Part shown: in pieces, positions 63,121-64,000 of the stretch
Position numbering within the stretch: the stretch's first letter is position 1
Layout: each line of letters opens with the position of its first letter
Source: Eledone cirrhosa
Lineage: Eukaryota
Reading direction: 5' to 3'
Assembly: GCA_964016885.1 (NCBI GenBank)
Contig: OZ024743.1
Span: 28,148,001 to 28,212,000, forward strand
DNA length: 64,000 nucleotides
The notes under the pieces: generated by a model
Databases searched by the model: none
What the model saw: the letters and a program-made list of their open reading frames with translations, nothing else
Told to the model about the DNA's origin: nothing
Program-made: the position numbers and the translations under genes

Positions 63121-63235
63121 AGAATTAATATCTAGTAACATATATATACATACAGATGCATATCAATGCTAGCAAATATATAGGTTTTGTCTTAGTAACT
63201 TTGTGGTTCAATGCATGGGGTTGCAGAACAATAAT

Positions 63236-63695
63236 ATGAGAGACGTAAAATAAGAAAATTATAAAATTAACTTACTTACTAAAATTTCACTCCCAACTAA
63301 TTAGTTTCTGAAATGGAATAAATATACTTTCCGAAGAAAATATGGAGAAGCATTTCGTCGTCAGGGAAGACTATTCTCATATAAGTATCCAGGCAAAGCG
63401 TGGACTCTGGAGACTTATACAAAAATAATTCAGTGGATAGGAAATAGCAAAGCGTGGACTGAATTCCTAGCCACTGAGAAAATCACTGCCTCTGCGTCGG
63501 TGGCAAATTCAAAAAGAAGCAATCACGTGACATCGAGGTCAATCAGTGGAACGTGGTTTGTTAATAAGACAGCGGCCTGCCTGCTACTATAGCAGCAGTC
63601 TTGGCCAATATTGCTCGACAAATAATTTGGAGATAATTATAAAGAATTAATATCTAGTAAGTAAGTTAATTTTATAATTTTCTTATTTTACGTCA

Positions 63696-63700
<5 letters not shown>
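63236..63700. mobile_element. Fold-back element with ~46-bp inverted ends, carrying an HHR
   Basis: atgagagacgtaaaataagaaaattataaaattaacttacttacta is the near reverse complement of 63656-63700. Its tail resembles the 12927-13350 element (tagtaagtaa-gttaattt). Confidence 0.8.
63290..63369 (-). ncRNA. Type I hammerhead ribozyme with extended stem II (cUUCGg cap)
   Basis: Sense sequence CUUCC CUGACGA C GAAAUG...UAUUUUC-UUCG-GAAAGUA...CAUUUC A GAAA CUAAUUAG UU GGGAG. There is a C-A mismatch at the base of stem II. Confidence 0.72.
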
Positions 63701-63741
<41 letters not shown>

Positions 63742-63747
<6 letters not shown>

Positions 63748-64000
63748 CAAATAACGAAACGAAATTAAATTTCGTTTCGTTTGTAACTCACTTTTGTATG
63801 ACTGACGCTTAAACAATTAAGTTAAAAAATGTACATCTACATATGCATACTGAAATACTAGTGTGTATATGAATACACACACGTATACATATGTAGGTGT
63901 ACCAAGTCTTTCACTGGTCGCTTTACAGTGAGCGGCCCAGCTATTCTGTATGTAAACACACAGACAAACCGGTTTTTAGAGTCATACTGGTTTTTGGGGG
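63742..64000. repeat. Diverged copy of the 467-bp unit, running off the window end
   Basis: aaaaacaaataacgaaacgaaattaaatttcgtttcgtt... starts directly after (TA)n. Confidence 0.92.

Overview
This is an AT-rich eukaryotic window made almost entirely of transposons and microsatellites. The SINE family and repeat make-up suggest a cephalopod such as Octopus (inference). I cannot support any host protein-coding gene; most short ORFs in the track are microsatellite or antisense artefacts. Retroelement content: one intact-looking two-ORF Tx1/L1-clade LINE (27966-33994, -), several truncated or decayed Tx1 relatives, two decayed R4/Dong-type LINEs, two RTE-clade remnants, two Penelope-like (GIY-YIG) remnants and about 15 tRNA-derived SINE copies. 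The main hidden signal is a set of type I hammerhead ribozyme (HHR) motifs, folded by eye, in about nine unrelated sequence contexts. Almost all sit just upstream of a (TA)n microsatellite. They include a 467-bp tandem array with five identical minimal HHRs and a fold-back inversion (7757-10484), a 444-bp HHR tandem dimer (62136-63038), and several palindromic HHR-bearing elements. Together they look like a (TA)n-targeting Penelope/retrozyme system. A second pattern is retrotransposon families using different microsatellite targets: (AAT)n, (ATCT)n and (TA)n.
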